Origin: Basidiobolus meristosporus CBS 931.73
Taxonomy: Eukaryota; Fungi; Basidiobolomycota
Length of the DNA: 64,000 bases
Assembly: GCA_002104905.1 (NCBI GenBank)
Contig: MCFE01000035.1
Coordinates: 1-64,000 of the forward strand
Direction of reading: 5' to 3'
Positions 21,793 to 35,058 of this stretch are shown piece by piece (the first letter of the stretch is position 1; every line of letters begins with the position of its first letter). Position numbers and translations under genes: made by a program. The notes beneath the pieces are model-generated. The model searched no databases, had not been told where the DNA came from, and was given only the letters and a program-made list of their open reading frames with translations.

Positions 21793-24700
21793 GCTGGAGA
21801 TGTGATGTGTGGTTTGCCATGGGTTGCCAGGCCACTTTATATGGTCCCGGTTAGATTGGACGCTTCCCAATGAAAGTGAAGTCAAGTATTCTGGAAAGGC
21901 GACATGGATCTGGATGAGTCCCTTCGAGGAAATTTCCAATCGGCCCTTCGGTCGCGGCCGCCCATTGGTGAGGATGGATTGAGGACCGGGGGTTGATTGG
22001 CGAGCGGGGCATCGGTAAACCAACTAAGCCAAGACCTTTGGAAGGGTCCATACCGCAATCCATCTTCTTTCCTACGTCATGGTCGTTTCATAGGAGGGCC
22101 CACAAACCGCCGTGATTTACGATCGACGGTTCGAAGGCGGATTGGCGCTTGGTGGGTCCCTTGCTTACCTAACGACCAAACATTGATCCAGGTTCCCCCC
22201 CCCCCCCAAGAACTTGGCATGGAATGGTTAGTGGGCCCGTACGGTTTCAGTAACTGCGTTGGTAATTCGGTGCATGGACCTTGGCTGGTGACGAGATGAT
22301 CAGTTACCACGACGTTCGACGGATTGTTTCCACTTCCTAGCCATGCTGCCGATCGTAATCCCCTGGCTTGGTAAGCTATCTGGATGCTGGCGATTCATCC
22401 AAGCGCCAGCCTACCCCGCAATTGTTGTCAGGTCAAAGCGTACCTGATGCTGAGGGATTTCCCTTTTCTCATGGGTCTGGCTCTGGCTCCGGCTCCGGCT
22501 CCAACTATCCAGGATCCCGGGGAGTATTACCAGAGGCCATGATGTGATTCCCTTGCTTCGGGCTCATCAGAAGTTGAGAGCAGGCTGCGCACCTGGATGA
22601 ACTGATCCAAGTCACGGTCCTCTGATGGATGTACGGATCATGCCCTGCGAACAGTATTGCTGACGTGGCTGCTGGTTGGCATTCCTTCTGGATGTTCTGT
22701 CCACTTCCACGCAAGTGAAAATCTCTGGGTGGCTCCTGTCAATAAGCTGGCACACCATTGGCATCCCATGTTCCAGATGAGAGGATACCGCCAAACGATC
22801 AAGCAATCACACTAAGCTTGTGTTGGTTGAAACTGTCTGTTGTAAATACTTGATTTACACTATTTAAATTGGTGCTGTCTTGGAGGCTCCTACAAGTTCT
22901 CACCTTGTCCAGTGTACTCCAAGCTTGACCCAGCATTCCCCATGGCCTCTACAAAGCCCTTCTTGTCATTCATCTTACTACCACATCCCTAACGTATTAC
23001 ACACACATGGTGAACTCAGGGAACTTGACAAGTGAATCCCCATGAGAAATCTCAAACTTGGAACTCATCTGATAATCTGCTGGCATTTGGCTGATATTCC
23101 GGTGGTATTTTGCTGCCATTCAGCTGGCGCTTTTCCTTCGGATTTTTTGTTGCGATTCATCGTGGAAGCAGTAGGCAGCTGATCACCGAACTTGATATGA
23201 GTTCTGGTCAGCCTAGTCTCCTCCTAGAAAATTCCCCTGCTTGTCTGCCAAATAGCCTGTGCCTGATATATTGGGAGTTGTCCGTTTAGAGAACTTGGAA
23301 TTTGGCTGATATTGTGATGGTATTCTGCTGGCTTTCTGTGAATCTTGTTCCTCAACCCTCCCAGCACTTGAAGCAATCTGAGACCTCCCCATACAATGCC
23401 GTGTTGAAAATGTTTGGACAACATCTATATATTCACAGAACTTGATCCCTTAGATCAGAGCTCACAGATCTTAGGGAATTCCGTCCAAGTTTCTTGCATG
23501 GATTCACTGGGACTGTTCCACCCAAATAGCATTTATCCGGGACATTGAGGCATCTCAAGGTAGTATATATTGCGAAGATTTGTAATTGTGCAAAAATACT
23601 CACCCAACTCAGTCATCTGTATATGTTGCAAAAACTTGTAATTCCACCTAAATATTCCCATAAGTTGGTCACTAATATCATTACCTTCAAATCCTAGAGA
23701 ATACTGACCAAATTCCTGGTTGGGATTTACTTGGAATATTTTCACCATTATATCTGGTACCCATTACATTAAACTTGCATAGGTTGTCCAAACAGCTCCA
23801 AAATTTGCACATATGCTCCTGGGACCTTCCTAAGCCAATTCAATGTGTTTGCTATGCCAAGACCATGTAAAAGTATAAATACTACTTTTACATTCAATAA
23901 ATCATTAAGTGAAAGTCAAATAATCTACTTGTTCTCCCAATCACTTCCAATATCTCCAAGACTCTTACAACAGGTTATGAGCCCCAAGCTGTCACTCTCT
24001 GCAACATCTACTACTGCTATCATTGGACATTTTCCCTCTGCTGAAAAGTTGGATGGATCTAACTACCAAGTGTGGAAGGTGAAGATGAAGATGCTGCTAC
24101 AAGAAAGAGGCCTTTGGGATATTGTCATGAGCAAAGAACACCCTTCTAAAAACATGGGAGTGGTAGCCTTAAAGTACCAGAAGAAAGAACAAAGTGCCTT
24201 TAACTGCATTTGCCTCAATGTTAAAGACAATTTGCTAATTCAATGCCCAAGAGCAAAAACAGCAAAGAATGCCAGGAAGGCATTAGAAGACACCTACCAG
24301 TCATGTTCAGCTGCTAAGAGAATGTATCTGAGACAAAAACTCTTTACTATAAAGATGCAGCCAGGAGAAGAAATGAAAAATCTAATAAACAGAATTACCC
24401 TGCTGATAGATGAAATGGAATCTGTGGGTGTACCAACTACTGACTGTTGTAAAAAATCGTATTTTCCACCTAAATATTCACCTAACTTAGTCACTTAGAT
24501 CATCACCTTCAAATCCTAGAGAATACTGACCAAATTCCTTGTCGGGATTTACTTAGAATATTTTCACCAAAATACCAGGTACCCAGAACATGAAAATTCT
24601 CAAAGTTGTCCAAACAGCCCCAAACTTTGCACACATGTTCTTGGGACCTTCCTTAACCTATTCTACGTGTTTGTAATGCCAAGACCATGTAAAAGTATAA

Positions 24701-24794
24701 ATACTACTTTTACATTCAATAAATCATTAAGTGAAAACCACATAATCTACTTGTTCTCCAAATCACTTCCAATATCTCCAAGACTCTTACAACA

Positions 24795-24806
24795 GGTTAT
24801 GAGCCC
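24795..24806 (+). other. Primer-binding site complementary to the anticodon arm of tRNA-iMet (half-tRNA priming, copia/Ty5 type)
   Basis: GGTTATGAGCCC directly after the LTR is the reverse complement of GGGCTCATAACC in fungal initiator tRNA. Also at 23973 and 32215, and on the minus strand at ~44025-44036 and ~57468-57479. Confidence 0.85.
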
Positions 24807-27800
24807 CGAGCTGTCACTCTTTGCAATGTCTACTACTGCTATTACTGGAATTTTTCCCTCTGCTGAAAAGTTGGATGGATCTAACTACCAAGTGTGGAAG
24901 GTGAAGATGAAGATGCTGCTGCAAGAAAGAGGCCTTTGGGATATTGTCATGGGAGAAGAATGCCCTCCTAAAAACGTGGGAGAGGAAGCCTTAAAGTACC
25001 AGAAGAAAGAACAAAGTGCCTTTAACTGCATTTGCCTTAATGTCAAGGACAAATTGCTAATTCAATGCTCAAGAGCACAAACGGCAAAGAATGCCTGGAA
25101 GGCATTAGAAGACACCTACCAGTCATGTTCAGCTGCCAAGAAAATGTATCTGAGAAGAAAATTCTTTACTACAAAGATGCTGCCAGGAGAAGAAATGAAA
25201 AATCTAATTAACAGAATTACCCTGCTGGTAGATGAGATGGAATCTGTGGGCATACCAACTACTGATGAGGATGTGATAGTTACCATCCTGAATAGCCTGA
25301 CAGACGAGTTTCAGGGCCTTGTATCAGCCCTAGAGTCCAGAACTGAAGATCTGACCTTAAATTACGTATATGGAAGGCTCCTGGATGAAGAATTAAGAAA
25401 ATCAAGCGCCAATAAGAAGGAAGAAGAAAATGCTTTAATAAGCAATGATAACCAACAAAGGAGGTACCCAAGACCCTACAAATGCAACAGCAACCTATTT
25501 TGCAACTACTGCAAAAGGAAAGGACACACATCAGACCGGTGTCTCAAAAAGAGAGATTATCAGCAAAAGAAGCCTGAATATGGAAATGCTGCAACAACTG
25601 AAGATAGACAATTCATATCTGCACTAAATATGACCACAATCAAGGATTCTCAGACGTGGTATATTGACTCTGGAGCTTCTCAACACTTTACACACCAAAA
25701 AGAACTTTTTACCCAATATCAAGAAATTCCAATTAAGAAGGTTTTCATGGGTGACAATAGAACACTTGATGCAGTGGGAGAAGGAACTATCCAAGTAAAC
25801 CTTAGAAGCAGTGAAGGAAGCCATACACTGACCTTTAAAGAAGTACTCTATGTACCAGAAATAGCCAAGAACCTACTCTCTGTAAGCAAGGCCACAGCAG
25901 AAGGACTCAGTTTCAGTTTTGACAATTCTGGATGCAGGATCACTGATCAAAATGGTGCTCATATTGCTTTGAGCAGCAGAGATCAGAATCTATTCAAGTT
26001 GACTTATATTCCATGATATTTGGAAGCCAATATAAGTAACTCAAATGAAGAAACACAAATGCTTTGGCACAGGAGATTTGGGCACATCAATTTTGAGTAT
26101 TTGTGCAAAATGATCACAGATCAGCTAATTTCTAGAGTAAAAATTGATCCCCCAGCCAATTTAGAGCACTGTGAAGCCTGCACATATGGGAAACAAGCCA
26201 GACAACTGTTCAAGAGCTCTGGGTTAATCAAAACTAAGAAAAAATTGGATTCAATTCACTCAGATCTGTGTGGACCTATGCAAAACTTATCCTTAGGAAG
26301 GATGAAGTATTTAATCACTTTTATTGATGATTATACAAGATACACATGGGTCTACTTCATGGAGAGAAAGGAAGATGCTCTGTCTAAGTTCAGGGAGTTT
26401 AAAGCCATGGTGGAGAGAGAAACTGGTGAAAAAATCAAGAAAATACGCTCTGACAATGGTGGAGAATATACCTCAAAACTCTTCATCCACTTCTGCAAAA
26501 TTCATGTGATAAAGCAAGAGACTACTGTACCATACTCCCCACAGCAAAATGGAGTAGCAGAATGTGCCAACAGATCAATAATTGATATGGCAAGATCTAT
26601 GATCCATGATCAACAATTATCCTATGATTTTTGGGTGGAATCAGTTGCCACTGCTGATTTCTTAAAAATAGGAGTTATAACAGATAATTTGTGATTCTAC
26701 TCTGTTTGAAGCATGGTTTGGATCCAGACCAAGTACAGAACATCTAAGAATATTTGGGTGTACAGCATATGCCAAGAAACTGCCCAGAAATCAGTCAAAA
26801 TTTGAGCCAAAAAGTGTAAAATGCATATTTTTGGGCTACTGCAATGAGAGCAAAGCATACAGACTCTACAATACCAAAGCAAAGAAGCTAATCAAGTCCA
26901 GGGATGTGTTGTTTGATGAGAATTCAAAATTTTCACAAAAAATGACATCAGATGATGACAAAAATCCGATCACAAATCCACCAATTGTCAGGATTGAATC
27001 AGAGCAAAACAATGAGAACTTTTTCACTCCAGAGGACTCTACAACTGTGGTTCAGCCTGAATCAGTGCCCAGTGATATTCCAGAAGTGATCATTTCAGTA
27101 TCAAATGCCTAGAGATTCAATCAGACAAGAAATAGCCCAAATTACTATATCAATGAGGGTACAAACTTAGCCTATGCCTATTCAGTCCATATTGATGAAC
27201 CCCAGACTATAAAAGAGGCCCTAAATAGCCCTCAGACCAAGTTCTGGAGATCTGCAATGACTGAGGAATATCAGGCTCTGATGGAAAATCAAACTTGGGA
27301 CTTAGTCAAATTACCAATCAACCATAAATCAATTGGATGCAGATGGGTCCTCAAGACAAAATTCAAGGCTGATGGTACAATTGAAAGATACAAAGCAAGA
27401 CTTGTAGCCAAAGGATACTCTCAAACAAAAGGACTTAACTATACTGAGACCTTTGCACCGGTAGCCAAGTTTAATTCCATCAGATTAGTATTGGCTATTG
27501 CAGCAAAATATAAGTTTTTTATTCATCAAATGGATGTAAAAACTGCATTTTTGAATGGAGAACCTGATGAGGACATGTATATGGACCAGCCTGATGGGTT
27601 TGTTGACCAAGATAACCGCCATTTGGTCTGCAGGCTTAAAAAGTCACTATATGGTCTCAAACAATCACCAAGAGCCTGGAATTGCAAGATAGATTCTTAT
27701 TTGGAATCTTTGAGTTTCAAAAGGAGTAATGCTGACTATAGTATATACTATAAGCCAGATAGAGCAAATCCAGTTCTATTAGCTCTATATGTGGATGATC

Positions 27801-28770
27801 TTATTATAGCCGCCAATAACCTAGAAACATTGGAAGAGACTAAATCCAGCCTATCCAAGGAGTTCAAGATGTCCGATCTAGGAGAACTTAGTTACTACTT
27901 AGGGATTAAGTTCTCCATAGACAGAAGTACCCAGACTATTACCCTAAGCCAATCCAAGTATATTCAAGATATACTAAAGAAGTACCAAATGGAAGACTGT
28001 AAACCGGCAGCTACCCCAATGGAGACAAACCTTAACTTGGTCAAAACTCAACCAAATCAAGAGAGCTTGGTGCCATCTGAAAGCCCCGACTTTCCTTATC
28101 AATCTATGGTCGGCAGTCTGATGTATATCATGCTTGGAACACGTCCAGATATCTCATATTCAGTGGGAGTTGTCAGCCAACATAATCAGAATTATGGATC
28201 TGATCATATTGCAGCAGTTAAGCGGATTTTTAGATACCTAAAAGGAACTGCTGATATCTGCTTAAGATACACTTATAAGGATTCAGAACAGGATCTTGTG
28301 GGATACTCTGATGCTGATTGGGGACAAAATTTAGAAGACAGAAGATCCACCACAGGATACACCTTTCTTTACTGTAAAGGAGCCATTTCATGGAATTCAA
28401 GAAAGCAACCAACCGTAGCACTTTCTACTACAGAGGCAGAGTATATGGCAGCCTGTGAAGCTACAAAAGAAGCAATGTGGTTAAGAAAGCTCTTTACAGA
28501 TTTAGGCCTATGTCAAAAAACGCCTATTACTTTATTTCAAGATAATCAAGGATGTATACAATTAGGTAGAAATCCAACTTTTCATGCTAGAACCAAGCAC
28601 ATAGATATTAGACATCATTTCATACGTGAAGCTATAGAGAATAACTTAGTTAGCTTAGTTTACTGTCCTACAGATGAAATGATTGCAGACATATTTACCA
28701 AACCATTAGCTAGAGACAAGTTTGAATATTTTAGGTCAAAATTAGGACTAGTCAGTATGAACATTTAGCT

Positions 28771-28779
28771 GAGTGGGAG
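28771..28779 (+). other. Polypurine tract of the copia element
   Basis: GAGTGGGAG immediately before the 3' LTR. Same at 35471-35479, and reverse-complemented at 40055 and 52358. Confidence 0.85.
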
Positions 28780-31700
28780 TGTTGTAAAAAATCGTATTTT
28801 CCACCTAAATATTCACCCAACTTAGTCACTTAGATCATCACCTTCAAATCCTAGAGAATACTGACCAAATTCCTTGTCGGGATTTACTTAGAATATTTTC
28901 ACCAAAATACCAGGTACCCAGAACATGAAAATTCTCAAAGTTGTCCAAACAGCCCCAAACTTTGCACACATGTTCTTGGGACCTTCCTTAACCTATTCTA
29001 CGTGTTTGTAATGCCAAGACCATGTAAAAGTATAAATACTACTTTTACATTCAATAAATCATTAAGTGAAAACCACATAATCTACTTGTTCTCCAAATCA
29101 CTTCCAATATCTCCAAGACTCTTACAACACTGACAAGGATGTGATAGTTACCATCCTGAATAGCCTGACAGACAAGTTTCAGGGCCTCTTATCAGCCCTA
29201 GAGTCCAGAACTGAAGATTTGACCTTAAATTACGTATATGGAAGGCTCCTGGATAAAGAATTAAGAAAATCAAGCACCAATAAGAAGGAAGAAGAAAATG
29301 CTTTAATACGCAATTATAGCCAACAAAGGAGGTACCCAAGACCCTACAAAGGCAACAGCAACCTGTTTTGCAACCACTGCAAAAGGAAAGGACACACATC
29401 AGACCGGTGTCTCAAAAAGAAAGATAATCAGCAAAAGAAGCCTGAATATGGAAATGCCGCAACAACTGAAGATAGACTATTCATATCTGCACTAAATATG
29501 ACCACAAACAAGGATTCTCAGACGTGGTATATTGACTCTGGAGCTTCTCAACACTTTACACACCAAAAAGAACTTTTTACCCAATATCAAGAAATTCCAA
29601 TTAATAAGGTTTGATGGGTGTTGATAGAACACTTGATGCAGTGGGAGAAGGAACTATCCAAGTATACCTTAGAAGCAGTGAAGGAAGCCATACACTGACC
29701 TTTAAAGAAGTACTCTATGTACCAGAAATAGCCAAGAACCTACTCTCTGTAAGCAAGGCCACAGCAGAAGGACTCAGTTTCAGTTTTGACAATTCTGGAT
29801 GCAGGATCACTGATCAAAATGGTGCTCATATTGCTTTGAGCAGCAGAGATCAGAATCTATTCAAGTTGACTTATATTCCATGATATTTGGAAGCCAATAT
29901 AAGTAACTCAAATGAAGAAACACAAATGCTTTGGCACAGGAGATTTGGGCACATCAATTTTGATTATTTGTGCAAAATGATCATAGATCAGCTAATTTCT
30001 AGAGTAAAAATTGATCCCCCAGCCAATTTAGAGCACTGTGAAGCCTGCACATATGGGAGACAAGCCAGACAACTGTTCAAGAGCTCTGGGCTAATCAAAA
30101 CTAAGAAAAAATTAGATTCAACTCACTCAGATCTGTGTGGACCTATGCAAAACTTATCCTTAGGCAGGATGAAGTATTTAATCACTTTTATTGACGATTA
30201 TACAAGATACACATGGGTCTACTTCATGGAGAGAAAGGAAGAAGCTCTGTCTAAGTTCAGGGAGTTTAAAGCCATGGTGAAGAGAGAAACTGGTGAAAAA
30301 ATCAAGAAAATACGCTCTGACAATGGTGGAGAATATACCTCAAAACTCTTCATCCACTTCTGCAAAAATCATGGGATAAAGCAAGAGACTACTGTACCAT
30401 ACTCCCCACAACAAAATGGAGTAGCAGAACGTGCTAACAGATCAATAATTGATATGGCAAGATCTATGATCCATGATCAAAAATTATCCTATGATTTTTG
30501 GGTGGAATCAGTTGCCACTGCTGTATATCTTAAAAATAGGAGTTATAACAGAATAATTTGTGATTCTGCTCTATTTGAAGCATGGTATGGGTCTGAACCA
30601 AGTACAGAACATCTAAGAATATTTGGGTGTACAGCATATGCCAAGAAACTGCCCAGAAATCAGTCAAAATTTGAGCCAAAAAGTGTAAAATGCATATTTT
30701 TGGGCTACTGCAATGAGAGTAAAGCATACAGACTCTACAATACCAAAGCAAAGAAGCTAATCAAGTCCAGGGATGTGTTGTTTGATGAGAATTCAAAATT
30801 TTCACAAAAAATGACATCAGATGACAACAAAAATCCAATCCCAAATCCACCAATTGTCTGGATTGAATCAGAGCAAAACAATGAAAATTTTTTCACTCCA
30901 GAGGACTCTACAACTGTGGTTCAGCCAGAATCAGTGCCCAGTAATATCCCAGAAGTTATCATTCCAGTATCAAATGCCTAGAGATTCAATCGGACAAGAA
31001 ATAGCCAAAATATAAGTTTTTTATTCATCAAATGGATGTAAAAACTGCATTTTTGAATGGAGAACCTGATGAGGACATGTATATGGACCAGCCTGATAGG
31101 TTTGTTGACCAAGATAACCCCCATTTGGTCTGCAGGCTTAAAAAGTCACCATATGGTCTCAAACAATCACCAAGAGCCTGGAATTGCAAGATAGATTCTT
31201 ATTTGGAATCTTTGAGTTTCAAAAGGAGTAATGCTGACTATAGTATATACTATAGGCCAGATAGAGCAAATCCAGCTCTATTAGCTCTACATGTGGATGA
31301 TCTTATTATAGCCACCAATAACCTAGAAACATTGGAAGAGACTAAATCCAGCCTATCTAAGGAGTTCAAAATGTCCAATCTAGGAGCGCTTAGTTACTAC
31401 TTAGGGATTAAGTTCTCCATAGACAGAAGTACCCAGATTATCACCCTAAGCCAGTCCAAGTATATTCAAGATATACTAAAGAAGTACCAAATGGAAGACT
31501 GTAAACTGGCAGCTACACCAATGGTGACAAACCTTTACTTGGTTAAAACTCAACCAAATCAAGAGAGCTTTGTGCCATCTGAAAGCTCTGACTTTCCTTA
31601 TCAATCTATGATTGGCAGTCTGATGTATATCATGCTTGGAACATGTCCAGGTATATCATATTCAGTGGGAGTTGTCAGCCAACATAATCAGAACTATGGA

Positions 31701-31865
31701 TCTGATCATATTGCAGCAGTTAAGTGGATTTTTAGATACCTAAAAGAAACTGCTGATATCTGCTTAAGATACACATATAAGGACTCAGAACAGGATCTTA
31801 TGGGATATTCTGATGCTGATTGGGGATGAAATTTAGAAGACAGAAGATCCACCACAGGATACACC

Positions 31866-34800
31866 TGTTGTAATTATTGAATTGTCACCTAAATATTCAT
31901 GCTAACTTAGTCACATAGATCTTATTCTGTGATTAGCATTTTGTCCTGACTAGATTTCTTGTCAGGATTTACTTAAAAAATTTTCACCAAATTGTCAGGT
32001 ACCCAGATTATTATTTTTCTCAAAGTTGTCCAAAAGACCCCAAACTTTGCACACATATTCTTGGGATCTTCCTTAACAAACTCTACACGTTTGTTTCCTC
32101 TACTTTATCAAAAGTATGAATACCATACTTTTGATCAATAAATCTACAAGTGAATAACATGTAAATCCTCTAGTTTGCCACATCACTTCCAATACTGCTC
32201 AGAATATTGCAACAGGTTATGAGCCCCAAGCTTGCTGTTCTCTTGGTATCTATTTTGCCTTGGATCCTTTTTTCTGCTAGTCTGGAGAAAGACTTTCCGC
32301 ACTGTTGCCCTGCTAAGGTTTAAGAAGTCTACCGCTGCTAAAGGACTACATTTATGAGGATATTGCTGTGGAGAAGAAGGCCTTGCCTTCAAAAGATACC
32401 TTCAGTAACTACTCATGTTAGTTATGAAGAAGAGTCAATCAAACTGGCATGTAATCATGCCAAGAAATATAGTACATTGGTGCTCTACCACTACTAAAGT
32501 GAATTGCATAATTCCAGCAATTGAAGGGTTCAGATCTACAATGATATATACTGCAATATGTATTCATATGACCCAAATTGACTGTTAGACAAGTTTTTGG
32601 ATAGGATATTATCCTGAATTGAAAAAAAAAATAGATCATCATTGAATGATTGCCAGAGGAGAATTTTACCAAAATCTGTTGCCACTCAAAATACAGCCGA
32701 GAATGCAAGTACTGGAGTTGTTAACTGCCATTCTGGACTATCAACTGATGGAAAAAGATCTCAGAAACAAGCTCCCTGAATTGTATGGATCCCAATGATA
32801 TATAATACATATATTCACCTGGAGTACGGATATGTACTACACAATCCATTGGAAGAATGCTATAATTGTATCAAGTGTTTTAATACTGAAACCAGCGTTG
32901 TAGTGGGGTCACAGTGACACCCACAGGCAGATGTGCTCATTCTTATGCGTTCACTTCCCTAAAAAGGATTACCCCACCTATATTATTATCATCCCAAATT
33001 TGCAATATTTCCTATTTTTGTCTATGTGATTATTACTATGCAACCTGACAAACTATTTGTCACTATTAACCCATTGCACAAGCTATTCTTATTCCTTGCC
33101 GAGATCCCAAGATAAGATAGTTGCCTTATAAGGCAAGTACCCCAACAGTGCCCAGGTCATGTGACCATCTTGGTTTCATAACCCCCCATCTCACTACCAT
33201 AAGAGGCAACCACATGACACAGAGGTTTCATATTACCACTACCTGATTGGCTAGGTGCTACTATGTCTCATGGAACAATCCGCCAAGAATTTGCGCTATT
33301 TTTAGTACACAAAGACATGATTGGTTGTCTACTACCTTCTGGAAACTTCCGGAAAGTATTTTCTAGCAAGAAATTGAGCAGCAAAAAAGTATATAAGGGA
33401 GGCTATCCCTTAAAATAAATCATCCCTCTTCCAATATTCCGACTTATTGATTAGTGAGATCACCGCTACCTATTACCACTATTTTCTGGCTCAGACCTGA
33501 CAACACTCCCAGGAAACCGTGCTGACAGCCAACTGACCTTGGAGGCACTACTTGTGAGGAATACTCAGAGTAGGTATATTTTATTATATTTGTTTGTTTT
33601 TCCAAGTTTGTTCTTGTACAGGCAAAGATACTTTTCAGTCTTTGTAACTATTGGTCAAAGCTGCATTCTTATCAAGTCCCTGTTGGTGGAGTTTACAGTT
33701 GTTTTGACTTTGGAAGCTTTACTACATTGTCATCTCAAAGGACGTCGAAGCCATTATAAACTTTTGTTAAGACGCCAACTAAGTTGGGGATTGTAGTTCA
33801 ATAGTTTTCCCTTGACAAGCTTGAGGCTTTATCCCCCATCACATTAGATTAGACAAAAGACCCAGTATTCCTAGCAAGCTTTTGCCAGAGGTTATTGCAC
33901 CCAGTGAACACCCCACACACATTCACACTTGAGAAGTGTTGGCCGTATTTTGCCCTCTGGACTTATACACCACCACAGCGTACCAGGAGCTAAATATGGA
34001 GCTGTTAGATGTGCTATCACTCTGTTTAAGTCTCAAAACAGTGGGAGAAAGTATTATACAAATTTAGCAAAATCAACTCCAGAAGATTCTACCGCCAGCC
34101 AAAAGAGTGAAGCATATAATTGCAAGCCTGATTGGCATATACAAGCAAGCAACAGTTGGTCAGTACACAGCTAAGAGCCACTCAGAAGATAACATTATAC
34201 TTTATACTTGTTATATATATATCACTTATTACAGTGGGAGAAAACACTTGGTGATATATAACTTCTCTGGATCAGATCAGAGGATTTTTGATTGATCAAG
34301 TCACTGCCAAGCTCCACAACTCAAAATACTGATATATTGGAGTCTGATACCACAGTATTGATGAAGCAAGCTATCAAATGCAGTTTATTTGATCAAATTT
34401 GGCCAACTCCAACAAAAGTTATGACTGATCTAAGTGGATGCCAATTTTGATTATTTCAGTCTCAAATAGTCTGATATTCTGGAACAATGATGTCATATCT
34501 CTTATTCAGTGGAAGTTGTCAGCCAGCATAATCAGAACTATGGATCTGATCATATTGCAGCAGTTAAGTGGATTTTTAGATACCTAAAAGAAACTGCTGA
34601 TATCTGCTTAAGATACACATATAAGGACTCAGAACAGGATCTTATGGGATATTCTGATGCTGATTTTGGATGAAATTTAGAAGACAGAAGATCCACCACA
34701 GGATACACCTGTTGTAATTATTGAATTGTCACCTAAATATTCATGCTAACTTAGTCACATAGATCTTATTCTGTGATTAGCATTTTGTCCTGACTAGATT

Positions 34801-35058
34801 TCTTGTCAGGATTTACTTAAAATATTTTCACCAAATTATCAGGTAACCAGATTATGATCTTTCTCAAAGTTGTCCAAAAGCCCCCAAACTTGATCCACAT
34901 ACTCTTGGGACACTCCTTAACAAACTTTACACATTTATTTGCTCTACTTTATCAAAAGTATGAATACCATACTTTTGATCAATAAATCTACAAGTGAATA
35001 ACATGTAAATCCTCTAGTTCCCCACATCACTTCCAATACTCCTCTGAATATTGCAACA
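31866..35058 (+). mobile_element. Insertion bounded by two LTRs of a diverged copia subfamily (LTR-B) with non-canonical interior
   Basis: LTRs 31866-32214 and 34710-35058, TSD ACACC (31861-31865 / 35059-35063), PBS at 32215. The interior lacks gag-pol and holds a solo LTR of another family plus a copy of host RT sequence. Confidence 0.75.
32899..33919 (+). repeat. ~1.0-kb solo LTR-like repeat (second LTR family)
   Basis: Termini TGTAGTGGGG...CCCCACACA; GTATATAAGGGAG followed by AATAAA; collinear with 59243-60256. Confidence 0.7.

Larger units (their letters stand above)
24445..29129 (+). mobile_element. Young full-length Ty1/copia LTR retrotransposon nested in the gag of a same-family copy
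   Basis: 350-bp TG...CA LTRs (24445-24794 and 28780-29129) with one mismatch seen. 5-bp TSD CTGAC. gag (CCHC CNYCKRKGHTSDRC), PR (WYIDSGAS), IN (HSDLCG..DNGGEY..NGVAE), RT (LYVDD) and RNase H (YSDADW). Stops at 26014 and 27110, frameshift ~26655. Confidence 0.97.

Noticed and set aside
22860-23620. Possible gypsy integrase or chromodomain remnant
   Set aside because: Motif matches were weak and on inconsistent strands. Part of it is better explained as a CCC(C)ATGAGAAAT-type DNA-transposon terminus shared with 3831-4100.
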